A stretch of 64,000 bases of DNA, from NCBI GenBank assembly GCA_050084515.1, contig CM114271.1, positions 7,626,001 to 7,690,000 of the forward strand, given 5' to 3'. This document shows, piece after piece, positions 48,822 through 60,790 of this stretch (its first letter is position 1; every line of letters starts with the position of its first letter). The notes beneath the pieces were generated by a model, which ran no database searches, was not told where the DNA came from, and saw only the letters and a program-made list of their open reading frames with translations. The position numbers were made by a program, and so were the translations under genes. This stretch comes from Blasia pusilla. Lineage: Eukaryota.

Positions 48822-50675
48822 TGTTCCCGAAAATGCCTCCTATGGACAAGGAAATTGCTCTCTATGCACGATGAATCGGCTCAAGGAATCGCCTTTATGA
48901 GTCGCCTTGCTGATGAGGCGATGAGTCCCCTTGATGAATCGGCTTGCTGATGTCGCGATGAGTCGCCTTGATGAGTAGCTCGAATCATCTCGCGATCGTT
49001 CGCTCGAATCGTCTCGCGATCGGCTGATGAGTGGCCGTGTAAAGCACCCCTTGGTATCTGGTCAGCTGTTGTGCGGAAGAGCAATTGAGATCTTGAAACG
49101 AAAAACCGGAAATGAGCGAACCTTCCCCTATTTTTACTTTTCGAGCCGTTGGGCTGACCGTTGGGTCGCATCGTCCTTCCGACGACGACGTGCCGGCCAT
49201 TATGGAAGTCTGGACGTGAAAAAAACCAACCCAACAGCTTCGACACATTGCACGCTTCCCGAGGGTTCAAGGCATCCGTCCTCGTGGCAACCCGTCGGAG
49301 ACCGACAGGTTGAGCGCCTCCGTCGTCTTCAAACAAGAACACAAGGTACCCGCGCAATCGTCGGAGACCGACAGGTTGCACGCCTATGTCGTCTTCGGAC
49401 AAGAATGCGAGGTACCCGCGCAACCCGTCAAATTCTGATGGGTTGCACGCGTCCCTCGTCTTGGGATAACAAGCCAGGCTTCCCGCGCAACTCGTCGGAG
49501 GCCGACGGGTTGCGCGCCTCCTTCGGAAGGACGATGCGACCCAACGGTCAGCCCAACGGCTCGAAAAGTATAAATAGGGGAAGGTTTGCTCGTTTTCGGT
49601 TTTTCGTTTCGCAATCTCAATTGCTCTTCCGCGCAGCAGCTAACCAGATACCAACGCTTACAAGGCGAGGCACTTGCGCAACCCGTCTGAGGTCGACGGG
49701 TTGCGCGCCTCCACCGTCTTTGGGCAAGAAGGTGTGGCCCGTGCAGCTCATCGGAAACATACGTGTTGCACCCTTCCTTAATGTAAGTGTAACAAGGTGA
49801 GGCAATTGCGCAACCCGTCTGAGGCCGACAGGTTGCGCGCCTCCCCCGTCTTCGGGCAAGAAGGCGCAGCACCCGCCCAACTCGTCGGAGATTGACGGGT
49901 TGCACGCTTCCTTCATGTTAGCGTTACAAGGTGAGGCAGAAGCGTGCAACCCGTCCGAAGCCGACGGGTTGCACGCTTTGCTTATCTTGGGTTAATAGGC
50001 AAAGTACTAGGGTTCCCTGTCGGTTATTGACAGGTTGCACGCTTTTCTATCCCTCGGGTAACAATGCGACAACGCATAGTTCCGAGGCAACCCATTGCAA
50101 TCCGACGGGTCACAAGATCTACCTTGAGTTGGACAATCCCGCAAAAGTCCCCAACGATTGGTTGCCTTAGCATATGCAAGCGATATCTTGTGTTTGGTGC
50201 TAGAAAAATCGACTCAAAAAACCTTTGGTCGGCAAGAAGGGGGTACCAACCCAACGGACTCCGACGGGTTCCAACAAAATGAAGTGCATGCTTCGAAACC
50301 AACATCTTTGATTCCCAAATTCTGCAACCAACCTAACTCCAACAGGTTGCAACAGAATTGAATCCATTGTGTCAAACATTTTCAACTACCAAACTTCATC
50401 TTGTCAGTCAAATTCTGTCAGGAGAATCTGAAACCCTATTCACTATAAATTAAACATTCTCATTCTCATACCAATTCTCTCTCTCCTCCCAATGGAATCT
50501 TCTCGGAATGGACAATTATGTGAAGCTCACTTGTGGCGGTCATCTAGCAGCCCTTCCTCAATCAGAAATCGTTCGACCGCAAGCTCGTGAGTCTTTCATA
50601 GCAGTGGATGAAAATTTTCTCTCAGTTTGATTTCTTCTCCAAATTGGAACCATCTTTGTATCCAAGGATGTTAGG

Positions 50676-53600
50676 GTGGACGATACGGAGGACATTATAG
50701 GTGAGACAGTCCAACCACTGATTGTAGACCGTAAAGTATGGAATCTCCTACCTCTAGCAAATGGTCAATACAAAGTTTACGGCTTGCCCCTGAATTCCTC
50801 TGTTTCCCAAGTAGACGGTCGAGAATTTCCTACTGCACCAAGCTCTACATTTGCAACTCCTAGCTCAGTAGATCCGGCTTCGACTCTAACTTGACACGCT
50901 CGTAACAATGTTGTTCTTCTTGAAGATATTCCGGATGTTGTCAACCTCAGTGGATCTGTCGGACACCAACCGTGCCCTCTGTCCGCCTACTCGTTCCTCT
51001 TGCGAGTATCAGGCAATAGTTTGCTATCGTCTCTGGCCTTGAAAATGTTCAAGCACATTCTTGTCGATGAGTTGCCGCCCACGTACGATGGTAATTGCAT
51101 TTTTGAGTTGCCTCCACTTGCTGCTCGTGCTCAAAAGAATGATGGAGGATGCTTGAAGGGTATGGAGAGAAAGTCTGATTGTCATCGATGGTGCAGGCTT
51201 CAACGGACTAGTGCTTCAATTCCAGATGGTCCTTGGATTGTCTCCTGCCGCCAATGCGTTGGAGCCTTGGAGTGTAGAAGTCCAGCATGCCTGTATCTAG
51301 AGCGCAACGAGCGAGTCAATACATCGCAATTCCCCCCCAAGAATGCAAAAACTCCATATGAGGTTGGTGCCACCATACCGCCGGGAGGCCATCAATGTCC
51401 TCATTGTCAGGCATCCCCCTTCTGCGTTTGAGCGTGTCCTGCATACATAATTTTCATTGTCCATGACTTGGGCTCCACGTCAGAGTACACAAGGTCGGCA
51501 GTTCATGTTGGCTCCCACACTCATCCTGTGACCGATGCAATTCAGAGACACATCAAGGAGGATGTGGCAAAGAAAGTGGCCAAGGTCTACAGAAACTCTC
51601 CGGGTTCAAAGCCCGGAGTGTTCAAGCTCACAACAACATCACAAATTTATGAACAATTTCTTGGAATCCCTGGACAGGGCGAGATCACGGCTGCTGAGGA
51701 GAAACAATTATGGGAAAATCTCGCATTTCTCGCTGATCCTGAATGCTTCCGGAATTTGTTGCGTCAAATACGAGTACTGGATGGAAAGACGGCCGAAATG
51801 GATGCCATTGCCAGAATCAAGGCCAACTCCAGATTTCCATTCATTCAGAGGTGGCAGTTCATGGGCCAGGGAGGCAAGGGATCCATGGCCTATGTCTTCA
51901 AAATGTCAACCACAGGTCCGTCGAGTGGCCTCGATCTTATAGATCGAATGAGGGAAGGGGAAGATCTTTATGGCACCTGGGTAAGCTTTGATATTTGCTA
52001 CAGAGTGCTGAACGGATGGTTGACAATGGGTGCTCACGTTTATGACCATGTGGAGAAGGGACTCAAAACTATATTTTTCTGTGAAGTAAAAGCAGAAGAC
52101 GTGTTGGTTACTCTTATTGGAGGTGGTGAAGGAAAACAAAAGGCCACATCCGGAAATTTATGGGTTTATGGCGGACAATGCACAACCTCGGTGGATTGCT
52201 ATCACGGAAGTTCTGGGGTGGAGAGGTTCAACCGGAGAGGGAAAGGTCGGATGCTTTCTATTGGCAATAGTCTGTGACCCGGTACACCAAATCTTGCATC
52301 AAGGAGAATAAGAGGACAGAGCATGTCACTCTACTCCAACGCTGCAAGGACAGCAAAACCTTGAAACAGGCCATGGAATGCCGAGAAGAACTTCATGGGT
52401 GGTGGAGGAAGCATGCCATTGAGGGGAAGTACAAAGAGTTGTGCTCTTGGCTCAGTTGGTGGACTGTACGTATGAGACAATGGGGAAACTTCATGCGGCA
52501 GGTGAGTTCACTATTTTGTCTTGTCAAGCTCACGCTGAGAATTGTTTGAAAAGTTGCAGCTCAAGTTGAGAAGTGTGGGAACTATAGGGATTTCAAACTG
52601 AAGAAACCAGGCAATTTGTCGGATGTGACGGGTTGCTTGAGTGTGCAACCAGTCGGAAAGCGACGGGTTGCATCCAGAATTTTGGTGCAACCCGTATACA
52701 AGTATGCAAGTCGCATGCATACAAGGCCTGCAAATAGTTCGACCTAGATGGGTTTCGGATGACTTGCACTTGGATCTTCTAGCCCGGAGTGGCCAAAGGT
52801 TCTTGCAACCCGTCGGAATCGGACGGGTTGCAGTAGGTGTTTCCTGGGTGTAACAACACGTCAGGACCCAACGGGTCACAGAGTCATTCGTGGGATGCCT
52901 CGGCCTTGCAACCCGTCTGGTTCCGACAGGTACCTTATTTCTTTGACTTCTGAGCTATTTTCGTTCCCTTCTAACATTGCCCTCGTTGCAGGGATTGAAC
53001 ATTCATGAAAATGCCCTCTGCCCCAACACAAGTGGAGCAGAAAGTGTTCATTCCTCGTGGAGGCCGTCACAAGCATGCCAACAAATTTCACTTGTGGAGG
53101 CATGCCAACAAGACCAGGCAAGAGCAATGCTCTGAGTCTCTGACATCCCATATCTTCCTCACAAAAGGCATAACAAAAGGAAGGGGGCCTTCGATCTATG
53201 AGCTCTATGTCAGGGCGGCTGTGAGATCTGGTGATGAAAAACTCTATGTGGAAGCCTTCAACCGGTGCGTAGCAGGAACTCCCCTCGAGCAAGACGTACA
53301 CATTGGTGGGAATATTCGTGGGCGGGTTTCAAGACGTCCCATACATATGGTGGTAGAGCAGTCCGAGCAAGACTCGTGGAGACCTGAAAAGTATCTTGAC
53401 TTCAGGCAGGTGAAGAGGCAGCATCGAGGAATTAATCCGGTGATTGATTAGGATGAGGAAATTACGCCGCCCAGGTATTCGGGAACCCCGGACCGCTCCC
53501 AAATCCGTGATGGAGTAACTTCTCCAAAAGCAGTGAATGTTTTATTTCAAAAGCCCTCCGTTGCTGGAAGTTCGCAACATCCAGTCGGTGGGTTGGTTCA

Positions 53601-54495
53601 ACAATATGGGATTCTAGTAATGGAGGTGGATTGCAACCTAAAACGGTGGCATATATCTCAAAGCAACCCAGGACGTGGACCCACTTGCAGGGTAGGGTCT
53701 AATGGCATTAGGAGAGCATGCGGCACTTTCCTAAATAAGAACTGTACAAGGACTGGACGACCACTGCCTGGGTTTTCGGGACTCAAAACCTTTGATCGTT
53801 TCACGAGGACCGGGGATCAATTGAAGTACTTCTTCTGCCCAAATGAATCTTGTGCTTTCCGGAAGTCTTATCCGGCTGCCATTGGAGCTCCGGGGAATAC
53901 CCCCACGATTTGGCCCATCGCCGCAGGTACGAACTGCACTCAAGACGAAGTGGACAATCTGACAAGTGACGGTTTCAGACTCGTAGACGGAGGAAGTTCG
54001 GAGCATGTTTGCATTACAAAGACCTTCGCATTTTGTATTCAACCCAAGATTGACGTCAACATGTACCCGGAGAAGGTGGATAATCTCAATCCACTATTTC
54101 TGTTTGAGTCTAGAAATGGGATGAAGAGAAACAGAATGTGTAGGCCAATGGTGGAGAGAGCAAAGCGGATTGCATCACCTCGGGAGGCAAAAATGGAGAT
54201 CATCGCCACGAAAGATGTCCTGAGTGGAAATGGAATAGGAAGGATGTATTGGGTTAGGAACAACACTGTAAATTCAAGTGTCACAGGGGTGTATGTGGTG
54301 CACATATGTTGCTTTCCCACATGTTCATGTGATGACTTTGTCCAAAGAGACACAAGTGGCAAAAGGTATTTCCCTTATAAGCACATGTACTATGTGTTGC
54401 TAGTAATTTTAAGAGAGTCGGAGGTAGGAGTAGGAATCCACCAACCAATTCTGTCCCTTAAAGAAGTGCGAAGTATTTTAAACAAACCACTTTGA
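50676..54495 (+). pseudogene. MULE transposase copy 2, intron 52502-52991
   Basis: GCM-like Cys/His pattern, WVSFDICY, GFMADN, AESVH (~53040), SWIM CSCDDF...YKH; cag|GTGAGT...TTGCAG splice sites. Confidence 0.82.
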
Positions 54496-54907
54496 GGATG
54501 CAAAATGAGGTTTTAGATTGTACTTTCATTTTTCCATAACCTTCACTTTGAGCTTGAACTCTATTCAACCTAGGGCAAATGATAGATTTTTTCCAGACCT
54601 TGGATGGAAAAAGTGATTGGTTCCACACTTATGATTCCACTGATTTTTCAGTTTTCTAAATTTTGTGCAATTTGCAACTCGTCGGACTCAGAGGGGTTGC
54701 CAAAATATGGAAGAGGAAAAAAAAACTGTGGGACTGCTTAATAACTGAGCAAAAAAGTGCAAAAAAATTCACACAAAAATTTTCCTTTCTTCAACCCAAC
54801 GGAAAATCTCTTTAAAAAAAAGTCTCTATTTTGGTTGAAGGTAGTTTCCTCTCTCCTCTCTCCTCTCTTCCTCTCTTCCTCTCCTCTTACCGCACCTCGT
54901 CGAGGCA

Positions 54908-56600
54908 CCATCAATGGTGTGTGTAGTGCCTCCGACAATGTGAATGACTGTGGAACCGTGGATTGCCGCCCATCAGTCCCCCATGGTGGGTCAATCTCAA
55001 CTCCACCTCTCGATGGCTCGGTGCCTCTCGCAGCACCCCGAGCTGCCTCAACCTGGAGTGCACTACACATAAACCCCATATTGGCGAGATCCTCACCCGG
55101 GTCAGGGTAAGAGGTAGAAGTTGGAGCCACACTAGCTGCTCGCGGCTCCGTGCCTTCCCTGAGCTGTATCATCATCATGGCAGCAATCCTCTGCTCCAAC
55201 TCATCAATGCGTGAGAGAAGTGTCGGCTCTGGTGCTCCTGCTCCATCTCCTCTCGCTGGTGGTGGTCCTCTACCACCACGTCCAGGAAGAACTCCCCAAC
55301 CTCCTCCAAGACGACCGTCCCCAGACCCTCGGCCTACCTCTGGACGTGCCTCTCGGCGAAGGTCAAAACACCTATCCCTAGTGTGACCATATATGTGGCA
55401 ATAATCACACTAGTGTTGTGGTGGGGCCATCCTCTATGTCTCCAGAGCAATGGAAGGTGCTCGTGGTCCTCTCCCATGTTGTGGGCAGTCTCTCTGCCTA
55501 TGGGCCCCTCCACACGTCCAACAAGACCACATCGGTGCCTGCTGGGCAACATATGTAGGTATGGGTCGTTGCCTCATAGGCTCACTTCACTGTACCTGAC
55601 GTGCTCTCTGGGCACACCGGCCCGATCCTGTGGTACTGGTGCTCGCTGAGGCACCTGTGGGATCACCGTCGCTCGTGGACCCATCGACTCTCGAGAAATC
55701 TAGCGGTCACTATCTCCTCCTCACTCATGTTGAGCTCAATACGCTCAGACAACTCAAAGACCACCTTCAATGTGGGCTTCGGTGTGTGAATTAGCATCGC
55801 ATCTCGGACGCTCCTCCATAGTTCTCGATCTAGAACCCTGTACCAATACTGGACTGACTGCGCCTCAGTCACTCCATACATAGCAATAATCAGCCTCCTG
55901 ATGGGCATGAATCCCTCTCTCAGACTCTCACCCGATCTTTGTTGAAAATCTTGTAGACTTGTCAGCTTGTCAGTGCGTACGCCCTGGTAGCTCTTCCCCA
56001 ACTGTCGGAAGAACTCCACTGTGGGGCTCAAGCTAGATGGCCCTCTACCACATTGCCTATCTCACTGCCCTCCTCTCCATCTAGTCTCCGGGCTAATGGT
56101 GTGGGTCTCTCTCCTCTCACGATCCCATTATATGCCTCGCGACCACTAGTGGACACATACCCTGGAGCCCAAAACATCCTCTAGGCATCGATCTCTATTG
56201 AATATAGTGATCGAAACTCCATATAATCATCCATGGGGGGACCCTCCAAGTGCTAGAACAACCCCTTCCATGCCATGAAAGGATTGAATTGTGTCGGGGT
56301 CCGTATCTACTAGAAGTCGCACCACGTGTCAAACTCCTAGATAAAATCATCTAAGTCGATGGTGCCCACTGCACCCGAGAAATGACACATGCCCCGATGG
56401 CCCATGTCGTCCATCTCCTACCAAGTGATACTACCTTCATCTACAATCTCGTCACCAAACCCAATGTCTAATGATGACAATCCAGCCACCCCTGGATGTC
56501 GAGGTAGCTCCTCACTCGTAATCCCTTGGTATCTACGTCCACTCCATGTCACACCACTACTACTGCTCGCACTAACCCGTTCTTCTGAATCCTAGAAGAA
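54908..56600 (-). pseudogene. Element B gag (decayed)
   Basis: LQDFQQRSGESLRE retrotransposon-gag motif; joins 42010 in frame (LMVPRR|PAVCIA); FNPF-x-AW and PQSFTL blocks shared with D and C. Confidence 0.75.
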
Positions 56601-58407
56601 TGCCGTGATAACAACCCTGTCTCACCCGCTCAAGCACTCAGACTCACCGGGAGTCTCCCACGCTCCTCACTAGCTCACCTATGCTAGCGTCAATCCCGTG
56701 ATGACACACCCGGCCTCACACACACTCAACACTCGGGCTCACCATGAGCCTCCCAACTAACTCACCTAACCTAGCGACACTCTCGGGTCATACATGCGAC
56801 CCCTACGCGGAAACCGCCGTATATCCACAAACATGCTACACATGAAAAGAATCTACACTCGTCACCATCAGTGCACCCACCTAGCACCAGCTACTACCCG
56901 ATATCCAGCACTCTCAATCACACACGACAAGTGCGGGAAAAGGGACTCGAATGGGTAACCTGATCACGCCCTCCAACCTACATACCATCAGCACTCACTC
57001 CTCCATGTGGTACAGCAACCTCTGCAACACGACACTCTCCTCGACCAACACGTCGAACTTCCTGATCAACATGGGCCTGTGTGTCTCCATCACAACCCTC
57101 GTGCCCATATCGGTCAAGTACTACTGCGTCGGCCCCAATCGACTCGTAATGACTGCCAACTCTCGTCTCAAATCCCGTCCACGCTCACGAATCACCAAAT
57201 GCAAAAACGAGCTCCCACTGCACAACTCGCCTCAACCACATCCAACTGCTCAACCTCGTAGCCTGAGTCATCCTGGTCTCGCTCCACTCCTACCACATAC
57301 ACCATTTCCGACCATGTCAACATGATCCCGAACACATCCAGCCTTGCTCGACCACATCCGGACTCTCAACCATGTCTGCCCTGCCATTACCACGTTGCCC
57401 ATATGTCTTAAATGCAAAAAAGGGAGGGGCCTTACCGGCCCGCACCCCTATGGGCTATAAATGCAAGGGATGGGGGACCCTCCCAAACTGCGTTGGAAGA
57501 GGACGGGGGGCGTCTGGCACGTACCCCTATGAGGGTGTAAATACGGGGGGTTGCGGGCCTCCTCACAGTGCGGGGCCGTCGGCGCTTATCCGTGCCCTTC
57601 CACCCGTCGCTGCCCGTCCGCCCACTTCCGCCCATCTGGGCCCTAACCCTAGCTCTAGACCCCTAGCTAGCCGCTTTTACTTGACAGTCCCCCAGAGGCT
57701 GCAAGACCCAAACCTGCTCTTTTTCTTCTCTCTCCCGACGCCCCACCACACACTACACTCGGCTGCTGTCCCCCGTCAATTCGCACCAGAAAAATCTGAG
57801 AAAAATGGAGAGCGCTTCCGCCCACGGCCTTCCGAACAGAAAAATGACCAACACCCGCAACACACGCGTCTCTAGGGACTCCCGACCAAGGCAACTCGCT
57901 TGCCTACCTACAAACAACGAATTCCCACCAACCCCTTGACATCTTTCTCATGTAAAAATAAAGAGTAGTAAAAACGGCACACCCAGCCTAAAACTCCACT
58001 CCTCAATCTACATCGGCATCCTAGTCCGATCTCACACACATCCTAGTCTTATCTCACACACATACAAGAGAGGTGCTCCAACGGCCCAACATGAGAAAGA
58101 TGACTTAGGAAATCCGTCTTCCTCTCTTATATAGGGTTGGGAAGAGCCAAAAGGCTCTTCCCCTAAAAATAGCTATCCCCTTGGTAACCCGCGCGTATAG
58201 GTTACTAGGGGCAGGTGACCTAGTCAACAAGTCACTCGACTGTGAAAGACCTCAACATGAAAGTTGTCAAACACGATGTTCCTGACACAATGGACCTATC
58301 TTCAACCTCATCCGACACCGTGGGACAAAGTTACATTCAAGATAGTCCGTTGGCTCCTACGCCCTATCCACGATAGATCTCGGCCTATCGGCCACTCAGA
58401 TGTGACA

Positions 58408-60300
58408 TAATGTTGATCCCTCCAAAGAGATCCAACACACGCATACCCTCTTGTGGGATACGCCACACAATTGGTGTGATGTCCAAAGGGGTCATAGTAG
58501 CACGCACGGCTACCTCGGGTCCCTTTGACCCGGCATGCTCTGGTGCAAACGCCTCATTCCACGCTGTTTGCTTGTGCTCATCACCGAAGCGTCGGAGCTC
58601 CTGACTCGAGCCCCACAGTGGCACCTCTCCTCAAGGGAATGATGCGGCTACCATAACGCTCCTCTCCCTATAAGTGTCAGGCGCGGGGGTGTCCTCTGCA
58701 TAGACAAGCCCCTCAATCAAATCAGAAGGCCACGTGATGGTGCTCCTAAATGCTGCTAAAGTCGCCATCTCTCTTGGTCGTCGTTCGATCACTCCATCCA
58801 TGAATTGAACAGGTAATGAGCTAAGTCACCCATCACCGGACTGCCATCCTAGTTTGTAGGATGTTGATTCCTCCCAATAATCCAGAGAAAACCCAATAAT
58901 CGGGTACAACACTTCTCCACCAACCAAGATGTCGTAGGACTCTACATCGGTCACGATCGCCTTGGCTTGCACCACGGACTCATCTGTAGGATGTCCAAGG
59001 CAAATCCTCACCACAACCTTCTATTGGGTGATAAACTGTGTGGTACTTACTCCACCCAAGGATGTGTGTATCCTGAATGGACAACGCTCCACATCGGCCC
59101 TCGTCAGGCCCAACCCTGTAAATGCCGCTTTCCCCAACATCAGGGGTTGCGCTCCTAAATCTAACGAGACACAAGCAAAAAAGTCTACCTCGTGGACTCA
59201 CCAACTGGAAGATCTCTCCCCAGTTATCTAGCAACACAGCACCTCAAGCAACCATGGCATGCTCTATCGCGGGTCTAGCGGGCATCTCCACCATCCTAGC
59301 AGCCGCAACTTGCCATGAATTTGAGGTGGACGGCCCCAGCATCGGCTCTAAGGGCAGGTCCATCACCTCCTCTGCAATCACCTATGAACGTGATGCAAGA
59401 ACACCATCTCCACGCTCATATAGCGTAGCGGCCCGCCAGAAGACCTCGGCGGGCATACCTCCCAACGTCATAACATCGGAAGCAGAAAAAAACGGAGCAC
59501 GGTACACCATCATGGCGGCTCCCAACATCGTATTGGACACATGCTCCTCCCGAGCATCACCAATAGGAGTCATTGCACTCGCTTCTCCCATTTCCCTCCG
59601 TGCCTTCACACCAACAACATCAACTCTCCGGGAACTCTGATCAGGATCCATCGATGGGGTCCTCATCCCCTCAATCAACGTGAAAGACTGAGGAAGCCTG
59701 GTGTGTTTCCAAGCCTCCCCTCTTTGTGGATCCAACTCTGCCGCGGCTCCACATGTGACAATAGCGGCTGCCCCCAACAAGACAGTCGCGCACATCCAGC
59801 CAGGATCTTCCATATCTCCGGCTCCTCTATAAGACGTCGATGCCACGGATCTGGCATCAAGTAACCTCAATGCCATAGCGGCAATCTACAGTTGTAGCTA
59901 TTGTATCTTAGCAGCCATCCCAGTCTCACGCCCGACATCTCCCTCAACGCATCTAGGTGGTGGAACTCTACCTCCTCCATGGGAAACTCCACCACCCCCT
60001 CGGGAAAATCCAGCTCCTTATCCCCCAAGGAGACCACCTTGTGCATGACCTCTAGGCCCACCCAAACCGCAACTCGCTCTGCTGCCCTCTGGCCCTCGGT
60101 CCCGAAAAAACTCAGGGTGTAGGCTCAAACACCTGGGGCATGTGTGACCATACCTGTGACAATAGTCACACTCATAAAATCCTTGTGCAGCACCATCTCC
60201 TCCTCTACGCTAAGGCACACATCCATGACCCTAACTAGTGTAATCGCGCTGGTGATGGGCTCCACCACATGCCCAACAAATAATCGTAGGCGGTTACTAC
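58408..60300 (-). pseudogene. Element C 5' part: gag remnant, protease and DNMT motif I
   Basis: PQSFTLIEG; ESYDILVGG; TPIVWRIPQEGMRVLDLFGGIN ending abruptly at 58408. Confidence 0.82.
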
Positions 60301-60329
60301 TTATCAATGAAATCTCTCATCACATCTCA

Positions 60330-60790
60330 TACCAAGCTCTCCATGGTGTGCACTCTCTCTCATGTCAAACCAAGCCCATTTTCTTGATAAGAGGCTTGGG
60401 TAACACACACAAGGCAAGGAGGACAATAGCTCCACTGCCTCATGCCAAGAGGTTCATCAAAGAGAGAATGAGCTTTCAAGTTTTCTCTCTTGGAGGTATA
60501 TCCCCTTCCCTCTCCCAAGCTCTCTCCTTGGTAGCCTATGCTTGCAGGTCACCTCCTTGGCTCGTGACCTCTTGTAGTGGGTCAAGGGCCACTTCCCAAA
60601 GTGGAAATTCAACTATACCAAAAATGGTAAGTTCCTCAATATGGCTCCAAATGAGCCAAAACGAAGGAGAAACCTTCTCTCGTAGGTTACCCATGGCCTC
60701 AACAGGTCATCCTTGACCTCTTGAGGCTGTCCTCTAGTAAATCTTGGAGGCACTCTACTAGATCTCGCCAATCTATCCCAAAAGACGTGA
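60330..60790 (-). repeat. Dispersed repeat, inverted homolog of 30140-30680
   Basis: Reverse complement aligns by eye with 30140-30680; separates elements C and D. Confidence 0.8.

Larger units (their letters stand above)
42012..54898 (+). mobile_element. Non-TIR Mutator-like DNA transposon, copy 2 (~12.9 kb)
   Basis: Same termini as copy 1 (GGGGGYTGGTATTCTGGCA and CTTACCGCAYCTC); direct repeat GTCGAGGCA at 42003-42011 and 54899-54907. Confidence 0.88.
36521..58407 (-). mobile_element. DNMT-carrying Gypsy element B, nested in C and interrupted by MULE copy 2
   Basis: gag (56600-54900), linker and protease (42010-41000), DNMT, RT, RH and INT in order. TG...CA-like ends at 36521 and 58407, and C's DNMT frame is continuous across these junctions. 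The 5' boundary is less certain. Confidence 0.72.

Noticed and set aside
2218-54898. Single giant inverted segmental duplication or composite element
   Set aside because: Each copy has its own distinct TSD and a different host element.
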